From positions 806,102-870,101 of the forward strand of contig NC_068982.1 of the NCBI RefSeq assembly GCF_001194135.2: a stretch of DNA of 64,000 nucleotides, read 5' to 3'. A program made the position numbers and the translations under genes. Under the pieces are notes generated by a model. The model saw only the letters and a program-made list of their open reading frames with translations. It had not been told where the DNA came from and made no database searches. This document shows, piece by piece, positions 26,527 to 39,838 of the stretch. The stretch comes from Octopus bimaculoides. Its lineage: Eukaryota. Within the stretch, counting starts at the first letter, position 1, and each line of letters begins with the position of its first letter.

Positions 26527-26671
26527 ATAATAATAATAACATCGAAAAATACCTTAGGAATGAGAACCCAAATTCGAAATTTCCCCAAGACACCTGATGA
26601 AGGCTGGAGGGTATATCAGCCGAAACTTTGTGTTAACAACAAACAAGATGAGTACAAATATCTCTTAACTG
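26527..26671 (+). mobile_element. Inverted duplicate of the family 4 tail (hammerhead 26589-26634, ACGU>ACUU)
   Basis: Near-perfect reverse complement of 26255-26400. Confidence 0.9.
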
Positions 26672-27199
26672 TAAAATATGTCCTAGTTGAGCACTGGGGT
26701 CGATGTAATCGACTTAATCACTGCCCCCAAATTGCTGTCCTTGTGCAAATATTTGAAACCAACATATATTTAATTCCGAATTACATTAATAGAGTCATAT
26801 ATTTTCACCCCCCCCCCGCCCACACACAGAAACGAACTTTTCGGCGTACGCACTTTATTGATTTTATTATCGTAAAGATTTTATTTTGAGAAATTTTAAT
26901 TAAGAGAGGGTAAAATAATTAAGTTCGTTCCGTTCAGATAAATAGCCAAATTAATTCTGTTGGTGTTTTTACTTAATCACTCATAATGAAGGAGATCAGT
27001 TAAGGTTATCTGTTTAACTTGAAATCTAAAATTGGCTTTGTTATATCTTTATAGGTCATATATTTTCCAACTCCAGCGTTGTGTGAAACCTAATAGATGT
27101 GTGCATGTGCATCTATCTATCCATCCATCCATCTATCTAAATTCAATTTGGTTATATTCTAGAAAATATTGGTTTCAATTGCAGCGTTGGCACAAAACT

Positions 27200-27377
27200 A
27201 GCAAGCTCGGGGGAGGGGTAAGCGGATCATATCGACCCCAATACTCAACCTGTACTTATTCTATCGACCCTGAACGGGTGAAAGGCGAAGTCAGTCTCGG
27301 TGGAATTCGAACTCAGGACGGACAAAACGCTGCTAAGCATATTTCCCAGCATGCTAGCCATTCTATCAGCTCGCCGT
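27200..27377 (-). mobile_element. SINE family 2
   Basis: Reverse complement of the family 2 consensus (tcgacccc..tacttattctatcgaccc..aaaggcgaagtc..gaattcgaactcag..ccagc..tcgcc). Confidence 0.8.
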
Positions 27378-28319
27378 CTTTTTATTCTAGCAAATATTAA
27401 CAAGATAGCATATACACACAACACACAACACACACATATACACACAATACACACATATACACACAATACACACATATACACACATATACACACATATACA
27501 CACATCAATATATAGGTGTATAGTAGATGATTTGCATACTCTAAGTGCACAATATACATATACTCTAAGTGCACAATATACATATCTGCGTTCAAGCATT
27601 CATACTTCTATGTAAATGTATTTCGATATAACAACACATGTTCGTTGTTCTCGCATTACGTATTCGTTTTCTATGGCACACATTTGATGTTGTCTTGAAT
27701 TCTTTTGCAATATTGTTTCTCTCCTCTAGCCATGATTAGTAATTTTTGGACAATTTACCGTTTTCTCCTTGCAATGATGAACGTTTTGTGCTGGTTTTTG
27801 TTTTATTTTGTAATTTTCTGCTAATATCCATCTAGCAACTGTTATTACGGATACCAATGTCAAATTTAATCCGAATAAATCTGCGTGGCTTTAGAAAATG
27901 CTCAGTGTGAGATTCCAATAAATCCTTGTAATCATTCACCAAATTTGTGTTTCTTAACACTTGTATAATCAATTTTGGATTGACTTGTCAAAAGCACTTT
28001 GTCTTTGATGAGACTGAAATCACACCCACCGGGTGTTTATTAAAAACGAAATATTTTAAAACGTTCGGCGTTGTATGGTTCTTGCACTTCTTCAAAGTAC
28101 GATCATCAGAGAATCACACACACAAGTTTACAGTCTAGTGTTTCATTGGAACGGAATAGCACAAGGGGACACTTCCTAAACTCTTAAAGAATGATTGTCT
28201 ATAAGATGCAATAATGAATTCTAAATAGAAAGAGTAGATGCGAGACAAGTCATAATTTGTCACAGATGTATCGTAGTAGTGTTTGGTTATTTCAATTTTG
28301 TATGCATTATATATATCTC

Positions 28320-29513
<1,194 letters not shown>

Positions 29514-29527
29514 TATATACATATGTA

Positions 29528-29790
29528 CATATAACCGGCACTCCGTCGGCTACTACGACGAGTGTTCTAGTTGATTCGATCAACGGAGGAGCTGCTCGTT
29601 ATATTAACGTGAAAGTAGCTGAAAGCTCCACAGACATGCATACCCTTAACGGAGTTCTCAAAAAGATTCAGCGTGACACAGAATTTTACAAGACTGGACC
29701 TTTGAACTTATTTTTGCCAGCTCAGTGGACTGGAGCAACGTGAAATAAAGTGTCTTGCTCAAGGACACAAGATGCCACTGGAAATCGGAT
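29528..29790 (-). mobile_element. SINE family 3 (tRNA head, conserved gtgtccttgagcaagacacttt core, tail ending gacggagtgcc)
   Basis: Core matches 37700-37780 and 48700-48750; tail matches 44700-44817. Confidence 0.8.
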
Positions 29791-30089
29791 ACTTTAGCCC
29801 ACTCTCCTTCCCACACACATTTATGAGGAATAGTCAACAGATTTAGTAAACACGAGAATAAGCGATGAAGGTTGAACCAAAAAGTGGAACGAGAAGAAGG
29901 AAAACCAAGCTGTTCGTCCTCTTCGTCTGTGGAACCATAATTAATGCAACTGGCGTAGAACGTGAGTGAAGAGACGACTAAAGTCTGCCAGACACTTATT
30001 CAATCCATCCACATATATCTGTTTTTTTACTTGTTTTTTAGGCCTGATACTTATTCCACCATCCTCTTTTGCCGAACCACTAAGTCCTC

Positions 30090-30245
30090 ATCTCATCATC
30101 TTTGCCCACATATTCCTGGGAGTGGTCCGGTCCAGAAGACCCAAGTACGCCTTCCATCGATTCCTGTCAGAAGCAACCGTCTTCAATTAATCCGGCTCTA
30201 TCTCCAAACGAGGCCGACGATCTTGCTCCTGGTTGGCCCAGGTTG
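30090..30245 (-). mobile_element. RTE-like LINE extreme 3' fragment
   Basis: Minus frame LKTVASDRNRWKAYLGLL carries the A.DR..W motif typical of RTE ORF2 ends. Confidence 0.6.
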
Positions 30246-30257
30246 GAACCCACCCAT

Positions 30258-30273
30258 GATAATAATAATAATG

Positions 30274-30311
<38 letters not shown>

Positions 30312-30324
30312 CATAATAATAATG

Positions 30325-30373
<49 letters not shown>

Positions 30374-30435
30374 TAATACTAATAATAATAATAATGATAA
30401 TAATAATAATAAGAATAATAATGATAATAATAATA

Positions 30436-30472
<37 letters not shown>

Positions 30473-30483
30473 TGATAATAATA

Positions 30484-30515
<32 letters not shown>

Positions 30516-30526
30516 AATAATGATAG
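30258..30526. repeat. Long imperfect (AAT)n grading into (GAT)n
   Basis: Directly visible. Confidence 0.97.
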
Positions 30527-30907
30527 TTGCTCCTGGGTCACCTGCCGGTTGGTTTCGCCGGTGAGACCTTTTCCGTGATTATTAGCATATGTCCGTAGTT
30601 TCGGAGCCATGATCTCTGAATTTGAGAAGCAGCGGTTCTTCCTGAGACGACTCTAGTTGCAGCGGCTCTACCTGGAGTAGCTCCACTCGAAGCGGCTTTA
30701 CTCGGAGTAGCTCTACCTCGAAAGAGTGCGTAGCTTGCAGATCAGATAGGCGCTCCAGGTATAGAGGCTCCAAGCAGAACTGCACACATATTGCGCAAAG
30801 TACTGTCTGTCTGAGGCGCTCGTGATTTCACAGACAGTACAAACCCATGGTGCACAGAATGCTTTCAATCAACAACATCATGATATTGGATCCTATGCGA
30901 CGTCTTA

Positions 30908-30986
<79 letters not shown>
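30908..30986. repeat. (AAT)n microsatellite
   Basis: Directly visible. Confidence 0.97.
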
Positions 30987-30989
<3 letters not shown>

Positions 30990-32139
30990 GATATAGAATT
31001 GAACTAAACACACAGAACACAATTCAATAATAAAGAAGCAAATATTACAAAGCTAATAAAATGAAGTGAAAACAATCGATACTGTTCGAATCGTGTGTCA
31101 GTTGAGACGTTTATCTGAACCGACATTTTGAATGACACGATGTTTATCGTGTCATCCCTATTGTAGCTACTTGCATATTTTAGTATCTTCTAGCTACGAG
31201 ATGTTATCATGCAAACAGAACAGAGTGACCTATCTCATTAACAGTAATTAGTAGGAAGAAAATTAAGTTTTTAATCTTTGAAGGATAATGCAATCAAAAA
31301 GCAATACTGTGTGTATGGTTGTGTTGCAGCAACGGTGCAAAGGAAACTTAATATTGCAACGAAATATATGACTATATGTGTATGTGTGTGTGTGAGTGTG
31401 TATGTATATGTATGTGTGTATAGATATTTTATGTATATATTTATTAATCCAACTACCTATATGTATACAGACATACACAGACAAACACATTCACATATAT
31501 GTACGCATATGTTGCTATCATGGGAATCATTGAAGCCAAAAAATGAGCAGAAAATTGAAAGTTAGTGCGATAATCAATGTCACGTGATCAGGAGATCGAA
31601 AACTATAGAATTGGTGTGAATAAACTAAGTGTAATAATTTGCATATTACTAGAACCAACCAAAACCTCAACATTCCTCACATTAGAGTTAATTTGTACTT
31701 CGAGAAAATTAATTTAATACAAGCATACTGCACACAAACGCACACATTTTCACGTTCAGGTATATACAAAGAAGCACACACACACACATACACGCACACA
31801 CACGAGTATATATGTGCGTGTTTGTGTTTGTGTGTGTAAAACAAAAATGTGTTAAGAGAAATATATTATGTGTTGAACAACAGTGACAGATAAGAGTATA
31901 TAAAATAAGATTTATTGCTGTCATCTTCACTTTTAGAGGGATAGAGAGAGGGGTGAGGGAAAGAGAGAGAAAGAAAGAGAGAGAGAATGTGTGGAGAAAT
32001 TGTTTGGTGGCAACTGGTACTATATTTAAACGAGAAATTTATGTCACTAAACAAAAGATAGTCGGACGGTTTGAAGACAGAGGTAAAGCTTCGAACACGT
32101 TTCTGCCTCAATAGATATCATCCGCACAACGATTGTTTT

Positions 32140-32390
32140 ATCGTATATTTAGCAGATGAGGCACTTATAAAGATACAAAAAGAACTCATGGTCGGTCGAT
32201 GTCTTGGAAGTGAAACTGGATAGAGTAAACGTGCACAAGACCAGATACGATTCAAACGGTACAGCCTTACCATACTCTGACAATTAGACGAAGGACATAC
32301 GTCTCTGTGGAAAGTCAGACCACTTATACGCTTATTCACGAACAAGTTATTCCCTTGACCTCGACAGAACCACTGAATTATCATTGTCTC
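32140..32390 (+). mobile_element. Possible decayed piggyBac-like transposase fragment
   Basis: Frame ..RFKRYSLTIL*QLDEGHTSLWKVRPLIRLF resembles the piggyBac D.L.KVRPLI motif. Only one short motif supports this. Confidence 0.3.
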
Positions 32391-32643
32391 TCCTTTTTTT
32401 CTTTCCCTTCATCTAATCCCGTGAAAGCGTTGCAGACGGGTTAAGTAACGGAGAAAAAAAACTTTTGTATATTGAAGTACTCCCAAACTCAGTCAAAATT
32501 ATACTTTTCACTCACCACCATCTCTCCGTAAGAAAGAAACCATCGCGTTATTATTTCTGCACCTTAACTCCATATATATGATGAGCTAGTTATGTTTTCA
32601 CACGTCAACGAGATTTTAAGGAAGATGACTAGCTAAGTCAGAC

Positions 32644-32687
<44 letters not shown>

Positions 32688-32923
32688 TGAGAGAGGGAGA
32701 GAGAAAGAGAAGAGAGAAGAAAGAGCGAGATGAATATACATATCATAGCTGACTAGAGGTAATGATATTGACAAATAGTGGATTCTTATCGATAATAAGG
32801 AGATTGAAGAATTTGAACATTCAAGCCTTATGTTTATTTCCAGCAATTGTCCGACACGTGAATAAACCAACTGTAAATAAACATAAGGCTTGAATGTTCA
32901 AATTCTTTATCCTCTTTATTGTA

Positions 32924-33776
32924 CAGGGTGTCTCCAAAACATCGACATCATTTCATCACCTAATAACGTGAATAAGTTTCGTTCAAATTGTCTCAACTTC
33001 TAGCACTATGTCTAGAATTCAATACATTTTAAAAATATGACTTTTAAGTTTTTTTTTCATGATTAGACATGCCGTTTACTGCAACAGAAAAGGCGTTTTG
33101 TGTATTGAAGTACTCCCAAACTCAGTCAAATGTGAATGTGCAATGTGTATTTGTAAGAAGATTTGGATGAAGTTTCACGAGGAAAGTGGTTTGAGTTGGA
33201 AAAAAAGGGTCTGGACGGCCAGCAGTTTTAGAAGAGATGGTGAACCAACTTCAGGAAACGCTTAGTCGGAGTCCAAAGAAATCTGTGCGAAGAGCAAGCC
33301 TGAAAACCCCAAGTCAACTGTTTGGTGTGTAATAAGAAAACGCTTACCGTTGACCCCCTACAATCTTCAGCTTGTTCACACTTTAAAGCCGGTTGACAAG
33401 CAAAAGCATAAAACGTTCTGTGAAAATATGCAAGAGAAACATGAAGATGACGACTTTGAAAACCGTCTTGTTTTCAGCGACGAGACCACATTCCATACGA
33501 ATGGCAAAGTGAACAAGCAAAATGTTCGCATTTGGAGCGAAGAAAATCCACACGACACAATTGAACACGAAAGGGACTCCCCAAAAGTGAATGCGTTTTG
33601 CGCCATCTCAAAGAACTGTGATGACTTTACAACATGATAAAATTATCATCTCACAGAACATTTCGTTGGAAATCTTGAATAAAACTTATGTTCAAAATTA
33701 AATTTCATTTCTCTTGACCATGTAGTAACTCCAATACGGACATCTCAAATGATGCCAATTTTTTTGGAACACCGTG
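32924..33776 (+). mobile_element. Internally deleted Tc1/mariner DD41D (rosa-like) element
   Basis: TA-flanked imperfect TIRs CAGGGTGTCTCCAAAACATCGACATCATTT / CACGGTGTTCCAAAAAAATTGGCATCATTT. Frames give MPFTATEKAFCVLKY and LVFSDETTFHTNGKVNKQNVRIWSEENPH..ERDSPKVNAFCAIS. Confidence 0.9.
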
Positions 33777-34169
33777 TACTTTACACTCTGAGTATCCAAA
33801 AAGTAAACTGTAACTTCGGATGGGAGTTAAAGGAAGTTTATCATAAAACGTACCATCTGAAGGAACCAGCCTTGGTATCTTACATAGAGAAATTCGGATA
33901 TATATATATATATATATATAGTATTAGTAATTGTATGTATGTATGTATGTATGTATGTATATAGTTATCCTGGAGGGGCTGGAAGGAAGGAAAAACTTAG
34001 ATAGGGAGATTGCAAAACAGGAACAAGGAGAATAGAAGAATCGAGTGTATTGTTAAAACGTGGATGAAAGATGAGTGAATTGCATTGGAAAGGGGTGTTA
34101 GTCTTCTCCTAAAAAGCTGGGTTCAGCCTTAACGGAGACTCGTCTTATCACGGCCAGGCTATCGGCTGT

Positions 34170-34415
34170 TTTACATCGCTGGTCATAATGCACTTGACAT
34201 TGTTTTAGATTTCGGGAGATGCAACCTCGTTGGTTGGGCGGACAAACCAAAATTATCCATGAATGGAACACCAGTCCGTTTCAGGGTTACCCATTTACAA
34301 CAGAGGGGAATAAAGTGAAATGAATTGTTTTGCTCGAGAACCAATGCACTGCCGGCTGGAAATCGAAACCACGCTCCCGCGACCGGCACCCTAACCACTG
34401 GGCAACACGTCTTCA
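34170..34415 (-). mobile_element. SINE family 3-like, diverged
   Basis: Minus strand: A box (ttgcccagtgg), B box (ggtttcgatttcc), then ttctcgagcaaaacaattcatttcac core. Confidence 0.65.
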
Positions 34416-34851
34416 CTTGTTTTATAGACTCTTACAAGAAACAATTTGTGCTAGTATTTAATTAAATTGAAAAGTACGGTTTGCTCCCAACTTGGGTCTT
34501 AAAAAGATGTGAAATAAAATATGTAAATATTCTTGACAGCGTTAATGTTTATAATAAAATTATATGGTTCAATTCAGTCTGAAATTATATTGTAGGAAAA
34601 CAAATTAAACACTGCTGGAAAACCACTTGACCTCTAATTTGATGCGTTACTACTCTGGCATTCAGTAAGGTTATATAACAACAAATAAACGAGCACACAA
34701 ATGTATACATAACGGAATTAACTAATAGTTATATACACACCACGATCATATACATACTAAGTTTAACTGTATGAACTGCATATAACGGCATGTAAATACA
34801 GACACATTCAATATTTATTCGCACATACACTTTTATATAAGAACACAATCA

Positions 34852-34891
<40 letters not shown>

Positions 34892-35699
34892 NNNNNNNNN
34901 NNNNNNNNNNNNNNNNNNNNNNNNNNNNNNNNNNNNNNNNNNNNNNNNNNNNNNNNNNNNNNNNNNNNNNNNNNNNNNNNNNNNNNNNNNNNNNNNNNNN
35001 NNNNNNNNNNNNNNNNNNNNNNNNNNNNNNNNNNNNNNNNNNNNNNNNNNNNNNNNNNNNNNNNNNNNNNNNNNNNNNNNNNNNNNNNNNNNNNNNNNNN
35101 NNNNNNNNNNNNNNNNNNNNNNNNNNNNNNNNNNNNNNNNNNNNNNNNNNNNNNNNNNNNNNNNNNNNNNNNNNNNNNNNNNNNNNNNNNNNNNNNNNNN
35201 NNNNNNNNNNNNNNNNNNNNNNNNNNNNNNNNNNNNNNNNNNNNNNNNNNNNNNNNNNNNNNNNNNNNNNNNNNNNNNNNNNNNNNNNNNNNNNNNNNNN
35301 NNNNNNNNNNNNNNNNNNNNNNNNNNNNNNNNNNNNNNNNNNNNNNNNNNNNNNNNNNNNNNNNNNNNNNNNNNNNNNNNNNNNNNNNNNNNNNNNNNNN
35401 NNNNNNNNNNNNNNNNNNNNNNNNNNNNNNNNNNNNNNNNNNNNNNNNNNNNNNNNNNNNNNNNNNNNNNNNNNNNNNNNNNNNNNNNNNNNNNNNNNNN
35501 NNNNNNNNNNNNNNNNNNNNNNNNNNNNNNNNNNNNNNNNNNNNNNNNNNNNNNNNNNNNNNNNNNNNNNNNNNNNNNNNNNNNNNNNNNNNNNNNNNNN
35601 NNNNNNNNNNNNNNNNNNNNNNNNNNNNNNNNNNNNNNNNNNNNNNNNNNNNNNNNNNNNNNNNNNNNNNNNNNNTATATATATATATATATATATATT

Positions 35700-35900
35700 T
35701 TGGAACAGACGTGTATGTGTGCGTGTTTGTCCCTCCACCATCGCTTGACAACCGATGTTGGTATGTTTACGTCCCCGTCAAAACAGACTAATTGATTAAG
35801 TACTAGGTTTACAAAGAATAAGTCTTGAGGTTGATTTGTTCGACCAGAGGCTGTGCTCCAGCGTGGCCGCCGTCAAATGACTGAAACAAATAAAAGAATA
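35700..35900 (+). mobile_element. SINE family 1, 3' half
   Basis: ccaccatcgcttgacaaccgatg..ggtttacaaagaataagtc..ctccagc-tggccgc-gtcaaatgactgaaacaa. Confidence 0.85.
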
Positions 35901-37633
35901 TATACACACATATATATATATGTTGGCACAACACTGCACAAGGAACGAATATTCTTTCTATAAACAAAGGCGGCGAGCTGGCAGAAACGTGCGCACACAC
36001 ACACACATGCATGCATACGAGTTTCCATTATTATCTCCCTTGGTTGAAACCGATATTCTGCTGAGATTCATTTAGATTAACTACTTCTGTCAGCCATCTT
36101 TGAACATGCTTTGTACACTCTAGCTCCACCAAAAAAGCATTCACTTCGGTTAAATGTCTTTCTTCTTCTCCTATTTCCCAACAACTGTCTCTAAAAGAAG
36201 TGTTACAATCTGAAACGTTGAACTCACTCTTTTTCATATTTTTTTTTTTATATACAAAGTCAAAATAATAATTTTCTACTCCTGTCTCTGTTATTTTTCT
36301 TCTATGGAAATCATTATGATTATTGCAATAGAAGTTGCTGTTATTACGCATTTTATTTCTAATCTATGAATTATGTATCTCGAAATTGCTGGAAACACTT
36401 AACTGTTGAAGAAACTATATTTTTAACAATTTAGGATTAAAAAAATATGTGGAAAATGATAGCGGAAAGGGAATAGAAAATTGCAATGCATTGCATTGAT
36501 CTAAAAAATAGTTCTTCAAGTTATTTCCAATCTATCAAATTAAGATTGTTTTTAATGTACATATCCATTGAAAAACTTTTTTTTTTGAAGAATATTTTCC
36601 CTAAAAATATGAAAATGTTTTGCATAGAAATATAATAAATTTGAGAATATATTTATTAGTCCACTTTGGTGTGTTAGCGAACTGAATTAACAAGACTCTA
36701 TTAATGCATTTAATTTGAAATTCTGATCAAATTAATGCGAACGAACGAAATTCTCTCCTTGACATAAATGTTAGTGAAAGAGTTGGGTTTCTACATTTGA
36801 TCTGCTGATATCTCATGTTTCTCAATTTAAATTACACCGGTGGTGCTGACCGTCCCATTTTCCTTTCGTCTATAAAAAGGAACAGTAAGTTTCAGTCGCT
36901 AAATGTGATACCCACTTCCTGCTACGTTGATAAGTTTAGGTGAATGCATTGCGCATGCGTTGTATGTGTTGCTTCGTTTAGAATTCATAATAAAACTCGG
37001 TTGCTTGAGTCATAGCATGAGCATTTGAATCACCACAGAGAGCTGGGAAGTACAATTAGAAATAGCAGCTACTTACATTAAGTACAGAAGATTATATAGG
37101 ATTCGCTGCCTACTGCGGATTATTATGATCAATAATTTGCGTAAGAGAGACCACTTCTGACGAATATATGGATATTGAAAGTGGATGTGTTATGAAATAA
37201 GTAAAAAAAAAATGTTTCTGCCTTTATCATGACAAGAAAATGAGGAAAGCGTTACTGAAAATAAATTATGATGAATTTGACCAAATATTAATTAATAAAG
37301 ACTAAAAAGTTCTTTCGATATTATCCAAAACGTAATTGGATTATAGAAAATTTATTAATGTTATGTGATTTCAAATAATGATATTTCATATTGTAAATGA
37401 CGGAACATATCGTCATTGGTTGACAGCCAATCACAGCCTTTCTAACTGGTTGACATTCTGAGGCTGAAAAATGACAAGAAAATGCCCGTAACTCGGTACT
37501 AATCAAATATAGAAGGTGACTTCGCTTAAAAGCTATAGATTTTTCTATTTGGTTCATATCGATGGCTTTGTCCGTCGTCGAACAATACAGACGAAAAATA
37601 CACACATGCACGCACGTACACACACACAAAAGT

Positions 37634-37857
37634 GGGTGGCTTAGTGGTTAAGATATTGGACTAATGATGGTAAAATTGTGGTTTCGATTCCTGCAACGGG
37701 TGACACGTTATGTTCTTGATCAAAACACTTCATTTCACGTTTGCTCCAGTCCATTCAGCTGGCAAAAATGAGTGATCTTGCGACGGACCGGCGTCCCAAC
37801 CAGGTGCAGAATACATACACCAGGAAATCGGGAAACCGGCCCTTGTGAATCGGCATG

Positions 37858-37860
<3 letters not shown>
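37634..37860 (+). mobile_element. SINE family 3
   Basis: A box tggcttagtgg, B box ggtttcgattcc, core ttgctccagtccattcagctggcaaaaatgag. Confidence 0.8.
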
Positions 37861-37948
<88 letters not shown>

Positions 37949-38467
37949 TAATATAATGTTCCGTGATAGAAAATTCAACAAAAAGTACTCCATCTGGTGA
38001 AAGATAAATGAATAAAGATAAAGCAGTATTGGTTAAATTGTAGTTTTGATAGAAAGCAGAAGCCCACATTGCTGTGCAGAGGTATTGATTCTAGAACTAT
38101 TAGATTGTAGAGTAAATTTCTTCATTACGTAGCGCTCCATGTGCCAATGTATATGTGTATACGCTTTTTGTGTGTCACTTGTATTAGTTTCCATTTGTAT
38201 TTTATGTATTTCGTGTTGCCATTTGATGTAAACAGACAGCATAAAATGGAATAGCAAAGAAGAAGGCAAATAGGTAAGAAATATCGTGTTTTGGTTGAGG
38301 TAAGATTGTGTTATGCTGACACTAATATTTTTGTGTAGCTTAACAGCGTTGCAAAATATATTGAACTGCACCTTTGAACTGCAGATATGATAAGCCGTCG
38401 TTTCAGTTACATATACAATAAAATCTAACTCTGCTTTGGATGTATTTTTTTTAATGTAAGAGAAAAA

Positions 38468-38630
38468 AGGCGCAGGCGTAGCTGTGTTGTTACAAGTTTG
38501 CTTCTCAGTCCTATAGTCTCGTGTTCAATCCCACTTCGATGCATCTAGGTAAGTGTCTCCTATTATAACCTCAGGCCGACTATAACCTTGTGAGTGAGCT
38601 TGGTGGGTAGAAACTGAAAGAAGCTTCTCT
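38468..38630 (+). mobile_element. SINE family 1, 5' half
   Basis: ggcgcaggcgtagctgtg..ttcaatcccact..ctcaggccgac..gaaactgaaagaagc. Confidence 0.8.
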
Positions 38631-39048
38631 GGATCCTCAGAACTTTCGGGTCCAGGGAGCAAGAGGACATCATTCCCTGTTTCTCCTTTGTACGGTCACG
38701 CCTAGAATACTGCTGCCCCCTTGTACTCTCCTCATACCAAACAAAATATTACAAGAAGTGGGATACTGCAGAGAGTATTCACTAAAAACATTGATTACTG
38801 ACAGCGCCTGAAAACATTGAATCCAGAGCCACCGTGAGCGTTACATCATTTGCACAATGTGGCGAATACGTCAGTGACATTAGATACAGAATTCATCCAA
38901 GGCTGGGGGCACATGCCATACGCTTCCTACACAATTCAGGTTCACAACATAAATTCACAGTAACACAATTTTTTCCTTCAACAGGCCCTGCTCTATTTAG
39001 CATTATCCCAAAAGAAATCAAAGGAGAAAAACTTCCCATTACCTTCAA
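38630..39048 (+). mobile_element. CR1/L2-group LINE RT C-terminal fragment
   Basis: LRTFGSR..FVRSRLEYCCPLYSP..LQRVFTK..DY*QRLKTL..RERYII..GPALFSIIPKEIK..FK. Confidence 0.8.
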
Positions 39049-39085
39049 ACATACACACCTGCATACATATAATCACACATATATG

Positions 39086-39134
<49 letters not shown>

Positions 39135-39186
39135 NNNNNNNNNNNNNNNNNNATATATATGTATATGTATGGATATATGCGTACAC

Positions 39187-39228
<42 letters not shown>

Positions 39229-39838
39229 TCGCGTATATATATATATAACAATATATATGTATGTAGCGGCGTACGTGTATGTATATGTAGATACATACAT
39301 ATGTACGTATATGTGTATATGTATGTATGTATGAGTGTATGTACGCAAATGTATGTGTGTGTATATATATATATATATGGGCGTAGGGGTGTGTAATTAA
39401 CCATCGGTGATAGAAACGTCGAGCGGGTCAGACTGTCCGCGTGCTACCCGAGTCTCGAGGCGAGCGTCACGCCACTGTTCACGAGGTTATCTTCCAGCCA
39501 TAAATTATAAGAACTACGGTCGAGATTGACCGTATGGGCGGCTGAGCCAACGCCTCCTGTGTGAGTGCATGTACGAGCGAAGGTGTGTGTGCATATGTGT
39601 GTAGCTAGAAACCTTTCGCCCCCTAGATATTCTTCTGGTACCATTCCTCGGTCTTAAACTCAATGTGACTCAGTCCATCCTTGCCCATCCATTCACTTCC
39701 CCATTTGTCTATATTCACAACTCTTACCGAAGAAAGATAATTGTAGTGATGTTTCATTCCCAAACCAGACGAACGTATAAGATGATGACAGCCAAAACTC
39801 AGGGTTTTAGCGAGACACAGCTTCATGTATAAATGCGC

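Larger units (their letters stand above)
26130..26760 (+). mobile_element. SINE family 2 copy split by the hammerhead-SINE insertion
   Basis: 5' half 26130-26237 and 3' half 26672-26760 rejoin as ..gataaaatatgt(c)ctagttgagcactggggtcgatgtaatcgac. Confidence 0.8.

Noticed and set aside
26254-26889. 211-aa ORF with a poly-Leu stretch
   Set aside because: Read-through of (ATT)n and the inverted SINE unit.
27537-27586. 24-bp direct tandem duplication
   Set aside because: Simple two-unit slippage next to a microsatellite.
30102-30610. Poly-N/D, poly-I/M and poly-L/S ORFs
   Set aside because: Trinucleotide tract open in several frames.
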